From the NCBI GenBank assembly GCA_036172245.1, contig JAYWIR010000009.1, positions 558,001 through 622,000 of the forward strand: DNA of 64,000 nt, in the 5' to 3' direction. Source of the stretch: Raillietiella orientalis. Taxonomy: Eukaryota. The notes beneath the pieces were generated by a model. The model was not told the origin of the DNA, did not search any database, and was given only the letters and a program-made list of their open reading frames with translations. Within the stretch, counting starts at the first letter, position 1. Each line of letters starts with the position of its first letter. The position numbers were made by a program, and so were the translations under genes. This document shows, piece by piece, positions 14,301 to 26,309 of the stretch.

Positions 14301-14950
14301 AAAGGGGGCTTAGGACAACTGGGAAAAAGGAAGAGATGGGTGAAATCCGAATCTTCCATAAGCTGCGAATGCATTCGAAGAGAAAGAAGAATTTTTTGTT
14401 TTCGCATTTTCCGCTCTTTTCCTCCAGTAGTCTTGAAACATCTTGAAGAAGGGAGTTATCTCACAAGAAAATGCCCGTGAAATGCAACTGTGAAGATAAT
14501 GACCGGAAAGAAAGTGCTGGATTCCTTAGCGTCCAAAGTGATGAACTTTCAGGAAGAATACGGCTAGCAGGGAGAGCTTTCATTTCAATGATCACTTGGG
14601 AGATCGCCCTCCGTCCATTTAACAGAGACAGCAAGGCAGCGGCATTAGAATTGGGTCCCTCCGAGCGCTCCTAGCAGATTCTTATATCCACTCCAAATTT
14701 CGTGCATGCCTTCGTATCCACTTTCTTGCTCTTTTCGTCCGCATGTATTTGCTACCATGGTCTATAAAACGGTTCAGCATCCTAAAAAGCGGAAAAGAAC
14801 CCATTCACTGTTTTCCCACATCTATCGTGCACCAGATGTGACGATTCAGAGAGGCTCACCAACATGAAGGAACTCGATAAGGAAACGAGGCTACAAGAAA
14901 TAGGGGAGGGAAACCTTCCTTGATCATTACTAAAATGTGCTTTTGAGGAG
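11330..14950 (-). mobile_element. 5' half of a decayed NeSL/Utopia-like element
   Basis: Zinc-finger remnants (FKCGLCD ~13420; LHCPI ~13725), nucleotide homology of 11650-11850 to 6130-6250, and pre-RT segment ANIRVLRSGRK...NVSAFFF (11353-11622). Confidence 0.5.
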
Positions 14951-15919
14951 CCCGGAGAGGAATGGTTTAGCAAACGGATGACGCTTCTTTGAACCGCTCT
15001 TTGATCCTGAATCCTACTTTGATCCCAATCGGTAGGTGGCAGTCACTCACTTGCAGATTAGCGCTGCGTTGTCTGCAAGAAAAAATAGATAATGCACTGG
15101 CACTCCAGAATTTGCTGGTTTTCTTCGAGGGATTTTCTTTAACCGCCACTGCTATGTCGCGGACTGGCTGCGGAGGTAGACCAGATGACAGAGCGAAGCG
15201 AATGCAAATTGCCATCCAAACATTCCCGATCCCTTGATCCCATCGCTGCTAAGATGGGGGAGAGATGCAAAGTATGAGACCTTTTCGTTCTTTGCTTTGC
15301 TTAACTCTTACTCTTGCCCTCTTTCTCCGAGGCAACACCACTGCCTAGTCATCCAGAATTCTTCAGCTTCCCTCACGGCCTATCCGGCTTTGCTTTTCTC
15401 TCTCTCTCTTTCTCATTTTATGGTTTAATAAGAAAGGTTTCGGCGTGATCCGGTGTCAAAATCCACCTCAGTGACTCTCTCTTCTGGCTGCGTGCATCCT
15501 AGGCAAGCAGATCCAGCAAAGAGAATTTTTGAGGGATTCTCCGGCCTCTTTCCGCACTCTACATTTTGCTTGTCCAACTACAGGAGCCATGCGCGTTGTG
15601 AGAGAAATGAGCTCAGCCCCATTCTGCGCCCACGAATCCGACTGAGTGCGGTGTGCCCCATTCCCTTGCTTCGCTCAACCTTCCAACGTCCTTTGAGGTC
15701 AAAAAATTGACTCATCCTCTGCAGGCCACGAAATCTTTGAGGTGAAGAAGGACGCAGCAGCTGAGGCAGAATCATCATTACATTTATCATATTCTCCATC
15801 TTCCTATCTTGCTGCTTCGATGATGGGGCTGGTGGTCGCAGCGAATTTTTCCCTCTTTGGCGGCATCGTTCATCTCGTCCAAGAGCTCCTGTACCTGGTC
15901 CCCGCCTCCCCTTCCCTTG

Positions 15920-16570
15920 TGCCTGCAGGTCATCATCTGGCTGGTACCCGAGCCGGTGGGTCCGGTAGGTGTCGCGGGCATAACTGACTCATGAAGCAGC
16001 CATAAGCTGCCTCGCAAAATGACGAAACCTCGTCATTTTGCGAAGGACTGCAGCATTTTTTGGATCCCGTGTTCCAAGAATACCAACGAGGACCACGGTG
16101 CTTGGCATCCACTTCTCACGGGGAAATCCGTGAGACAACATATCGATATCTGATTTCTTTGTCAATCCTTTCAAGGAGGGAAAGCACCAAATTGTCGTCC
16201 TTCTGAGGCACCAAATCAGGTCTCAGTGGCGGGCCCGCAGCAAAGGTGCGTTGATCTGCCGGCGCCAGTTTCCATTTTGCTGCTTGAACAGCGCCATCCA
16301 TGGTTGCACTAACCATCGCATCGTGCCTGGCTGTTTGTGGCGGTGATTTGTTTGTACGAGAAGACGTCTTCGTGCTTTCCAGGCACTTTGTTCTTAGCCA
16401 AAAGGCCGAGGTCAGCATCTGTTGTTCCATGCGTGGTGAGGTGCTTTTTTTTGCAGACACCAGCATAGGACCAGTATGGAACCTTTGCTCTAGTTCTTTC
16501 TCCCACGTCTTCATTGTTTTCATCCCTGCGTTCAGCAAAGGCACAAATGACTCGAAGGCAGTAAGAAAAT
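15920..16570 (-). mobile_element. 3' end (restriction-like endonuclease) of a Utopia/NeSL-like element containing the U2 fragment
   Basis: RHDAMV...DQR...LRPDLV, then VLVGILGTRDPKNAAVLRKM...ARQLMAAS*VSYARDTYRTHRLGYQ. This fits the NeSL/Utopia C-terminus pattern (VGxLGxWDPxN...SRDIYxEH..G.RQ). Confidence 0.85.
16384..16410 (-). ncRNA. U2 snRNA 5' fragment (about nt 8-34, stem I up to the start of the branch-point recognition sequence); non-functional remnant
   Basis: Minus strand reads CTCGGCCTTTTGGCTAAGAACAAAGTG against recalled U2 CTCGGCCTTTTGGCTAAGATCA(A)AGTG: 19 nt exact, then one mismatch. The rest of U2 is absent. Confidence 0.8.
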
Positions 16571-16574
16571 AGCC

Positions 16575-17130
16575 CTTCTCAATTAGGAATGCACATCAGA
16601 ACACTTTCCCGGGTGTTCCTGGCTGGTGTTCCATATACGCGATGAATCCTGAGGTGTGCGGCTGTCTGCAGGAGAACTGGAGGTGCTACTGCCTCTAAGT
16701 TGATCAACAACGAGGACAGATGCCTCAGAGAGCAGCCAAATCCAATCCTCCGGCGTGGGTTGCGTGGCAGCAACGAAAGAAGTCCTGCACTGCCGACGCA
16801 TCGCTGGAGGATACGGCGAGCTGGAGCATACCAGAGATGACCACAATTTCCCACATAAGGAGGGAGGCCGGAACTGCACCTGCAGTCCAATCTTCTCGAT
16901 GGTCAGGATGCCCAAGCCAGCGTCCTGGAGCGGCGCCACCCTCCAGAGAGAGGAAACGGAAACTGTTGCACCTCGGTCAGTTTCGTCTCTTGCAGCCCTG
17001 CAGGGCAAACCGGCATTTTCGGATGCTGAAGTCTGAGGTTGACATCCGTTTCTTGGAGGTGTCTCTTCAAGAAACGCCACTTTCGAGTGGTGTTCCAGGT
17101 GCTTGGCAATTACCTCCCTGGATTTGTGTC
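16575..17130 (-). mobile_element. Tx1/L1-like post-RT fragment
   Basis: LTIEKIGLQVQFRPPSLCGKLWSS; 16710-16940 aligns by eye to 9640-9870. Confidence 0.75.
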
Positions 17131-17194
17131 TCGCACACGCGCTATTCTGATTTCAACTCTGAGGATTAGTTCGGTTGGATCTTTTCAGTTTCAA

Positions 17195-17630
17195 AGTTCA
17201 TCGTGTAACGCGAGGAACACGCTATACGAACCCGCGTTATACGAGTTCTATGGGTTTTGCGCGTGGGTAATAAGAAAAGATTCATAAAATATATCTTAAA
17301 ACGTTGTGTTATTTCATTTGAAAGCAAAAAATAAAAAATAAAGTGTTTCTTTATTATTCAAGTCGAAGAACAAAAAGCCTTTTAGATTTTCGCTGGCGTT
17401 GAATGCAAGAAAGCAGTTCTGTTTTGGTTTTAGCTCCATCGTTGATGAAAAAGTGTCTCCTCGAGCCATTCACGGAGATTTAGTTTAATTTACTTGCATT
17501 AGAGACAGCTGAAATGACTCCGTACCACATGATTAAAATCCGCCCTCCTAGTCGTACGGGACTGACTCATTAGATGATGGGGCCGTTTCGGGTACCGCGT
17601 TATACGGGTACCTCATGACACGGGAGTCTT
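17195..17630. mobile_element. Possible non-autonomous DNA transposon (Tigger/pogo-like MITE)
   Basis: AT-rich core bounded by repeats of CGCGTTATACG and its inverse (cgtgtaacgcg ~17202, ccgcgttatacg ~17232 and ~17595). Terminal inverted repeats are not cleanly resolved. Confidence 0.35.
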
Positions 17631-17649
17631 TTCCGCTCTGGCCGCCACC

Positions 17650-19320
17650 GTCCACATGCTTGAACCCTTTGGGCCTCGTGGCCGAACGCCCCCGCCCCCG
17701 TTGCGTTTTTTCGCAGCCGCGGCAGATTCCCGGCAAGTAAAGCGCGTGGCCTTCCCGCAGAGTTCCGTGGAAGAAAATTCTCAAGCAGAACATGAGGCGC
17801 CCACCCCATTTCGGGTGAGCGGACCCCACCTACAGAGATTTGAAATTTTGTGTTGGAGGCCTCCCGGAAGAAAGGTCCTCCTCCTCTCCCGGGTCCTGCG
17901 AGGACCCGAGAAAGCGCCTTCAAACTTGCAGATCGCGCAAGGCTCGACATGTAGCGTACGCGTCCTGGTGCGGTCCACCAGAAGCTGATTTGCAACCAGC
18001 CGGATGGAACCGGATCCTAAGCTGCCATCGGACCAGCAAACCGGAAAGCATCTTCCTCGATACCAACCGTATCTCATCGGGAAAAGACCGCTCGAAGGAA
18101 AATTATCACAAGGAATTTCTTTTACATGTCCTTTCACATGAGCCAGGCCTAGGAGCAGCGAGCCTCACGGCTAGAAGGCCCACGCCAGTCCCGAGTGCCA
18201 GAGGAAATGCGCAAGGACACGCCATTGACTGGTTCACTTACCTGATCTGAGGCACCTGTAGAAGAAATTCGACCTTGGGAAGGGTTCCCGCATTTGCGAT
18301 GATGCTGATAGCAAGCATCCTTTCGTACGCAAGGAAGGACTGAGAGCTCTCGAGAGAGACAAGACGGACCTCTCACATGTGAACCGGATGACTCTTGAGC
18401 ACGACCTGTCCATCTCCCGGTACGGTCAGGTAGAAAAGGCCTCTCTCTCGCGGGACAACAAATCCTCTTGCTGACCTCATCTAACTCTCAGAGCGTATGC
18501 CGAGTAATGCCAAAGATATCCTGGAATCGAGGGAAGACGGAAAGAAATTTCCTCAGTGAACGGATCACAGATTTACGAGCAGAGCCCACTGGTCGTTCAT
18601 CTGAGATTCTTGCGCAGGAGAAGCCGGAATTTTCGCTAGATCTATTATTCCCGGACCAGGCAAAAGTAGTGCTCTGGAAGACCCTCGTCCCCTTCGAAGA
18701 TCTGACCCGGTCGTCAGCGCGGTCCCCTAAAAGCACAGAAACCTTCAAATGGAGCAGAAACTGGCGTTCAGTTAAGATGATGTCACTCCCACGTAGCTGT
18801 CTTTCCTTTCCTTTCCGAGCAGCCGCCGCGGAGGGAACAGACACCTGACTTTAAAGAGAATTCCTTCTTGGCAGACCTTAGCAGCCCTCGTTTCGCTCCT
18901 CCACCTGCTCCTTTAGAAAATCAGAACCGAAATTCCCACTTATATTTTCTTCGTCTTTACGACTGCAGGGACACCAGCCTCGTAAGGAAGAAGGCAAGAG
19001 TGGGAGCAGTCTCGCTCTCCGGAACTTCGATGGAACGGCCGATCTTCCGATCCATTCCGGAGGGAGCTGATCCGACAACTGCTGATGCTAATCTGATTCA
19101 ACAGTTGATCCACTGGTAGCCGAGAACCTTTACCAAGGCTTTTGATGGTCCGAAGTACCACGGGAAGTCGGCTGCCTCGCAGGCGACGCACTCCTGATGC
19201 AGAGAAAGCGTGCTCTTGGACCCGAAGCCAAGGTCCTTTATTCAAAGTGAGCAGACGCGCAGCTCTGAGCTCCGGCTATCCTCATCCTTCGGCGTTGTTT
19301 CGGCGACGAAGACCTTCTGT
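17650..19320 (-). mobile_element. Decayed RT-to-endonuclease portion of a NeSL/Utopia-like element
   Basis: RT remnant (LRVCSL*IKDLGFGS ~19240), post-RT PSQGRI...RDWR (18149-18376), RLVANQLLV...CKFEGAFSGPRRTRERR, and terminal ISVGGVRS...VLLENFLPRN. Confidence 0.6.
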
Positions 19321-19379
19321 TGCCTCCTCCCTGGAGGCACAGGATGCAAGGATTTTGCTTTGCGCTCGGTCGGACGCCT

Positions 19380-21025
19380 CCCATGGGTCCTCTGCCGCCC
19401 ATTGAGCTCGGATGCCTGAAGGCAGGTGGTGGTTGTGACCTGCACTTCCACCTCAGGAATTCTCATGGAAGTGCTTCGTCCCCTGCGCTATCTTCTCAAC
19501 GTTCCACTGGGAGATGCCCTGCAGACTCGACGAAGTGGACCCCACTGACCATCATCTCCCTTGCCGCAGTGCTATGTACGCTAAGGACAGCCAACGGCAG
19601 CATCCTACCAGCGGGAAATTCTTCTGAATCATTACGGTAGCGAACAAACTCCTTAACGACAGGAAGGAGAGCAAGATAATGCCTACCGCCACTTCACGTT
19701 GTCGGGTCAAGGGATCACCGGAAGAGCTGTTGAGTGTGTTCTTTGATGAACTGATGGTCTCTCGGTTTTTGGACATTTGAGTGTTCCCCTTGAGGTGGAA
19801 ACCGAATGTGCTGCTGTTTCTCTAACCAGCAAAGATATTTCGTGTCCAGGGGAGTTGCATCCATGTTCTGTTTGAGGTCATGCGAACAGAGTGCTCTCCG
19901 AGAACTGTGTCAGAGGGTGTCTTCAGCGCTCCTGCACCGCTGTGGAATATACCGCTGTGGACTTGCTGCAGAAATTTTTTGTGCATGGAAGATCTTGGGT
20001 GGGCTCCCTGATTGCAAGCAGATGCTGCACACGCGCCTTCATCGAAGCCCGCCATGTGATGGAGTCTCGGTTGCAGCGAAGGGTCACCCGCATGGCAACA
20101 GCCTACGTGAGGACGACTGTGATGTGGCCTCACCTTCAAGAAGTCGAGTCGCAAATCGTCGTCCTTCTGAGCCGGCACCATTCCAGAAGAAGCTCCCAAT
20201 GTCAAAGACCCTGTCCCTACCGCCTTCTTTTTATTTATTCATTCAGTTGTCTGCCCTTCCATCCTGCTTCGGACTGACCCTGCGTATTGGTGACCCTTCT
20301 TTTGAACTTCTTTTTTTGTTTTTATTTTTGTTTCGGGAAAGGTGCTCACAAGTTGTTTTATTCTTTTTTTCGCGAACTGTGCCCGCACCTATTTTGGACT
20401 GCGGTGCCCTCCAGGAATGTAGCGGAGGCTGGCAGCAGCACTCCTGCACCGGAAAGACACCGCTTGAGATGTGCTGCGACGGTTCTTTGCTCCGGGAGGA
20501 CTCTCGACGGGCGCGGTAATCGCGACCGTGGGTTGCAACCGTGCCATCGTCGCGGCCCGACATGTGCTGGCGACCACCACATAGCGAAGGGAAGTCGCTT
20601 GTATGGCAGCTTTCTACTTCGGGATGGCTGCAAGGTAAACTCATCTGGAAGAGACAAAGGAGGAGATCACCAGCATTCAGCATCGGCTGTTGGATCGTTA
20701 GGAACGGCGGACCCCGGTGACCCTGGTTTCCTACCTTCCTTTATTTTATTTTATTTTCGTTCCCTATTCACGTCTGCTTCGTAACTTCCCTGGTGTTTTT
20801 CTTTGTTTTGACCCCGGTGCGCACAGAGAGAACCCAAAGATCTTTACCCCATACCACCCAATTTACTTCATTTAGTTATTTTTCTGTCTCTGTTCCGGAC
20901 TTCCCATCATTCCAGCCTGCGTGCCAATGGACCTTCTCCTTTACTTCTTTTGTCGTCGGCTGGGAACTGCTCTCCCAACTGGTTCATTTTTTATAAAATA
21001 AGCGCCACGGGCGTCTTTTGATCTA
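19380..21025 (+). mobile_element. Two tandem Tx1/L1-like 3' ends (~19380-20330 and ~20340-21025)
   Basis: Both carry the PHL..C knuckle region and the family segment (g.tg.gga.ggctgcaaggt..ctca) shared with 30790-30840, followed by T-rich 3'UTRs. Confidence 0.6.
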
Positions 21026-21029
21026 AAAG

Positions 21030-22200
21030 CTAACTTCTTCATCCTGGTGCTGTGCAGCATTCTGGAAGCATCCGTCTCCTCGTCCGAAGGTACTACGCTG
21101 CTCTCCAGGTATGAGGGTGTGTCTGCTTCGAGACCACTCGCTTGCACCGTCGGAGTTCCAGCGCCAAAGGGAACAGTGCGGTCCCACGGATGAGGCTGCA
21201 GGCGCGAGAAGCAATTCGGCTCGGGAGATAGCGAGCCATTGGCTCGGACGCACGCAAACGGATCTTGTGATTTGGGGGGAGGAAGGGGAGCCTTTCTTCA
21301 CCCCTCAGCCAAGTCTCTAGCTCACTACTCCATTGGTTCCCATAGCAGTGCGTCGAGATGTAAGCTGCAACAGATGTCAGCGACTGCTCTGGATGAGCCG
21401 ATCTCTCTGGGGACCTTCAATTCTCTGAGAACGTGCTGCTAGGCAGATCGCGTTTGCGCTCGGGTCACTCGGGAACAAACACGCTGACTCCCCTCATCGA
21501 AGTCTGATGCTGCGCGCCCATGACAACGGATCCCCGGCCGAAACTCAACTCAAAAGAAGGAAAGGAGAACGATTCGACACAGAGGAGAACGTCCAGCATT
21601 TATCCCCTGAATCAGGAAGATTCTCGCGCTCCTGGTGCACTTTGATTCCCGAGCTACAAGATGAATGTCCATCCTTCCTTGCCACCGTGAATCCAGCGGA
21701 AATACATCACAAAAGGGAGAAAAAGCTTGCTGAGCATTCTTTTCTCAACTGACTGCAAACTCGACAGTGCAGAAGAATGACTTTGCGTCTTCGTCATACC
21801 ACGAACAGATAGAGGAGCGCACCCAGTGCTCCGTTTGACGGCAGCACTCTCCACTCTTCGCTGTGGGTCGAACCCAACCTCCGACGCACACCGACCTCCT
21901 CCAGGTATCGTCTACCCTTCTGAAGTAGACCACAAGTGGAATCGTCCTTTCTGCAAGGTGCTCTTGTGAAACGCGTGCTCCGAACCAGCGTGGCCTGGTC
22001 GGTCTCAGATTCCACGGTGCTGAGGTCGATTCGCCAGCCAAGGATTCGCAGAGAACTTGTCGGTGGCGCCTCGGGCAGCACGCAGGTCGTCGTTGGGAAG
22101 TTCTGGAGCAAAGCATGGCAGAGCGACCTTCGAGCTTTAGGAAATCAGCAGCTCTTGCATCATGCGCGTAGAATGAGTGCGTCGGCAACCGATGCCTTGC
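21030..22200 (-). mobile_element. Decayed post-RT region of a NeSL/Utopia-like element
   Basis: ESTSAPWNL (cf. S.LAPWQ), RVDDTWRRSVCVGGWVRP, LSWARSIR, QWLAISRAELLLAP and knuckle RRCKRVV..THPH occur in the expected order. Confidence 0.6.
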
Positions 22201-22479
22201 ACATGGAAAGGGTCATCAAAATCAAAAACAAAAAAAAAAAGCGTGTTGGAAATCGCTTCCCTTGAAACTTAGCATCCCTTCTAAAAGGCCGGTAGTGACC
22301 TCACGAGGAGATCGTCACCATTGGCCTAGGACCAGGTGGCCAATGATTCGTCAACATTGGCTACCTGGTCCGGTTATTACGTAGAGTAACCAAAATACAT
22401 TGGTGTGGTAGAACCGTTGGTTTCACCACGGCTTAGAATCTGCCGAAGAGCGGTACGCAGACTGGCGATGTCGGCTTTG

Positions 22480-23200
22480 ACAGCGTAGGGAAGGAGAAAA
22501 CAAAAACAAAAAAAACACATAAAATAGGGAAGAGGAGGACCGTGGAAGTGTTCACAGTACAGCGCCCAGCGTCCTCTGCATCCTGTTCAGAATGTTGGTA
22601 AGCTCTGCCCGTATCACGCCCAGTGGGATCATCTCGAGACGGTCTTCAGGAAGATTTGTGTCCAGTGGATGGCGTCCTTGCCATTTCGGCCCTCTCCTTC
22701 TGGCGTTCTAGGCCACCGTAATCCTGCGAAGACAGAAGAGGACTGCGAGGGACGCGGCTGGTGGCAGCAGTGCGACACGAACGAAGAGACGTCTGAAAAT
22801 GCCCCTGGGTTCGCCAAAGAGAGGATCCTGTGATCACCACGAGGCAATCCTTAAGAAGTCGGAGAGCAGCACAGTCCAACAGCAGGTGCGGGAGGATCTT
22901 CTTCCCGCACCTGTCGCACTCTGAGCGCCCACACACCCCCGTGTCCAGTGGTGAAGGTGCGTTTTGCAAGGGATCCCCCATGCACCACCGGCAACGCCGA
23001 CTCCCACCACTTGAGGAAGAGAGTACCACTGTTTCAGCACGCTGGGGTCCGCTCCACCTCCTTCAGAGGGATGTAGAGCAGCCCTTCCCAGAATAAAAGT
23101 ACGTGGGGTGGGACACTCAAGATCGCATAATCAGTTCCCGAGCTGTCCACGTCCCCAATAGTTTCTTCTTTTCTGCTATGCAGCATGCATGGCCTAGCAT
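22480..23200 (-). mobile_element. Tx1/L1-like 3' end
   Basis: Intact CCHC knuckle SECDRCGKKILPHLLLDC in ORF 22646-23029. Confidence 0.7.
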
Positions 23201-23274
23201 GATGGAAACCCTCTGCGATTCTTCTGTTTTCGCTGCTTTCCTTCCATATTTTCTTTTTCCTTTTTTCGGATTTT

Positions 23275-24032
23275 CTTTTTGAGGGTCCTTTTTGAGTGCT
23301 GAACAGCCGTTTGTCTCCTTAGGGAAGGCTCACGAAGCTCTTGAACACTGTCCACGCCACCCGAGGGGGCGTGTAACTCTTCAAGTCAAAGAAGTAACCC
23401 AGGAAGGACCATCCCATTGAGCCCAGGAAGGGCTTCGGAGGAAGTTCTCATACGCTTGGGAGAAAACTTCGAAGGGAATCCTCATCCTGGTTGTCTGCGA
23501 AGGGAACCCTAAAAGGAACCTCTTCCACATTATCTTCGGAGGGAACCCTGAAGGGCGCCACTGCTGTAATTTCTTTTCTGGAGATCACCCACAAGGGAAT
23601 GGCTCCTTGTTTGTTCCTCTGAAAAGGATCCTGAAGGGACGCTCCCCAATTTCTCCGGAGGGAGCAGAGCGCTTCTGACACTTTGGAGAGGCAACTCCCC
23701 GAAGGTATGAACCAGCTGCATGCTACGCGATGGAGTGTCCTCCTAGGGGAAAGGGGAGCTCCTTGGTTCCTAGAAGAACCCCGAATTCCTCGAATTCCGG
23801 ATGCCCCCGTTAAGTGACCTCGTTAAAGGCCACTCATCGGGTGCATCCACCACCGGTGCCACACCCGAAGCCAAGCGAGGCCAACCAGCGTCATTCTGAG
23901 GGAAGAACTCGAAACCTCGTTGAGACGCACCCCTCGTTCTCGGCGTCGATCCTTCCCAGGGCGGGATTCGAACCCGCGGCGCTCGGTGCCACGTGGCTCG
24001 GAGTCCTCAGCCACGCGGCCGACGACGAGGGC
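23275..24032 (-). mobile_element. tRNA-derived long SINE, copy 1
   Basis: tRNA-like head with B box GGTTCGAATCC (23974-23964), shared body (gatgacgctggttggcc...ggcttcggg.gtggcacc) and conserved 3' motif acttgaagagttacacgccccctcgggtggcgtgg. Confidence 0.85.
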
Positions 24033-24299
24033 CTTAATCCAAAATCTCAAGACTCTGGAAGTGCACTCTTTTATCACTCGGGGAGCCTCAATCGCCCTGG
24101 GTGCCAGGGAAGACGCTATTTGGCGCTGCCGGGTCCAACGCAAAAGAACGCCCTTAAGAAGTCGCTGCTGCCGGGATATCCGCTCCGAGCATCCATGCAT
24201 TTTTTATCCGTCCATGCGACGAGATGGTCGGCTCGACGAGGCAGTTCCTAAGTAGATTTATGCATCCTGGTTCCCGGTCACGTTGAGAGATGCGTTTCA

Positions 24300-25545
24300 G
24301 GAGAGATTTTGATGGCCTGGAGGAAGAGGGAAAGGAAGCCATTAAACCTGATTTCGAAAATGGAGAGCGGACGCTGACAAATGCATCTACATCCCGGGGA
24401 ATGCATTCCCGAGCGCATCTCGGGAGCCCCACTCTGGCCAGCCCGTTAATGGGAGACGGATCGACACGAGGGCAAGATCTGGTATGCGTAGAAGAAAGGG
24501 AACCCGTCGCAAACTCTAGAACGCATATGCGCCCTTACGGGAGCTTTTATTACGGAGACCCGAAGAGTATCTGCCGGCTCGGGGCGACCTCTCTTGCGGA
24601 AGCCAAAGAGAAGCCGCCACTTCTCTTCGGAGAGGAAGAAGAAACACCCCCGGCCGCTCTTCCCCGGCTCTTCTTCCCGGCACACCGCGAGAATCCTTTG
24701 AAGGTCTTCCAGCCTGAGGACAAACCGTCGGGAGAAACCTCAGTTTTCCCGTCAGGCGGGAATTTTTGTCTGCGTCCTGCATCCTGCCAAACTCCACCTG
24801 CAGCTGGACTGACGAAGACGCGATTTCTCTTGCCGTGGCCGCACTGCTACGACCGTCACTGTCTAGACCTTCGCCTGAGCATTCGGAAAGAGGATGAGGC
24901 TCCATTGGTGCCTTCGCTACGTCACGAGAGAGGTGCCATTTTTCCAGCCAGTCAGTCGGGCGTCTTTTTCTGATCTGAGGAGCATCATTCCTTCTTACAT
25001 TCTCGCACTGGCTGTTGCGGGGACGACGGATGCGTCAAGGAAAAGGACCTCTCCGCTCCAGTCGGACGTGACACACCTCTTCCCTCTTATTTCTTTGAAA
25101 AAAAAAAAATTCCCCAAAGAGATGCTTGCTCCCGATGTCACGTCCGTCGAGATGCACATCCAGCGCTTCCCGCTGATTGGTTCGGTTGCCTGCTCTTCCT
25201 AAAGTCGGGACTTGAGGACCTCACGCTCGCACGGAGGGCGCGCTGGGTATCTATCCAGGATTCCCTGTCATGACGTTTGCCCAGACGAGCAGGGTTCCGG
25301 ACACGAGTCCGGAGAGCTCGGGAACCCTCGTGGCAGCCCGATCGGCCTTGCCTTCGACCGCAGAGCCGAAGACGAATGACTTGTATGGTCAGTGTTCCGC
25401 GCGCGCTCCTGACCGGCGAAACCCTGTCAACTTCCGGTTCCACCGTGTCCGAGTTTGGCCTGCCTGCCGGAGACTTGGGCGGGGAATGCATCGGCCGCGC
25501 CTCCGGCAAGATCCAGGCCAGCACTTGTACCTCGCCTCCAGACAA
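24300..25545 (-). mobile_element. Decayed RT body of a NeSL/Utopia-like element, between two SINEs
   Basis: ESWIDTQRALRASV (RT W.D...AF.SV-like) and LRREVAASLWLPQERS...Y (post-RT LxLPxxAS motif). Confidence 0.55.
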
Positions 25546-25551
25546 ACCTGA

Positions 25552-26300
25552 CTGCGTTGGTGGCCGTGCGGCCGCGTGTGGTACGAAGCGTTGCGGGTTC
25601 CAATCCCCACGTGAAGGATCTGGGGAGACGGAGAAATAAGGCGTGCGTCGTGGGTTTCGAGTTCTCCCTGCAAGATGACGCTGACTGGCCTGTAGGCTTC
25701 GGGAGAGGCACTGGAGGAAGTCGAATGTTCCCGTTGAGTGTTCAGGATTGAAAATGGCCCTCCGGGGTCATTCCAGGAATCAAGGAGCCATTCCCCTCCG
25801 GTTGGAAAAATGGGCTGTCCTCCCTCTTGAGGGTGGACCGTACATCGCATAGCATGGGACTCGTTGATACCCCCACCCCTCGGAGGATTGCCTCACCGGA
25901 GTGTCCAAGAAGCGCTCTGCTCCCCTCGAAGAGAACCCTTCGGAGAAATTGGGAAGCATCCCTTCGGGGTTCTCTTCAGAGGAGGAACCCAAGAGCGGAT
26001 CTTTCTGAATTCCCTTCGAAGATGACATAAAAGCGACCCTATTCAAGAGACCCCTCCGGAGAGAAGAGGCTCCTTTTGGGGTCTGCTTCGGAGACATCCA
26101 GTGAGAGCGTTTCCTTCGGGATTCCCCCACCAAGAGTAAGAGGAACGGACTCCTTCCTCTTGAACCTTCCTGTATTCCTCCGGGATGACCCCTTATAACT
26201 TGAAGGGTTACACACGCACCCTCGGGTGGCGTGGGGAGTGTTAAAGATGCTCTCCCGAGGAAGCTTAGGGTTCTTGAGTACTCAGGGAACCAAGAAAAAT
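25552..26300 (+). mobile_element. tRNA-derived long SINE, copy 2
   Basis: B box GGTTCCAATCC at 25596-25606; same body and 3' motif (acttgaagggttacacacgcaccctcgggtggcgtgg, ~26198-26234). Confidence 0.85.
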
Positions 26301-26309
26301 TTTTGCTAT

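Noticed and set aside
23950..24032. tRNA genes suggested by GGTTCGAATCC boxes (also at 25596, 33831 and ~35110)
   Set aside because: No clean cloverleaf, and each continues into the same several-hundred-bp body, so these are SINE heads rather than tRNA genes.
24290..24973. 227-aa plus-strand ORF
   Set aside because: Antisense shadow of the RT relic at 24300-25545.
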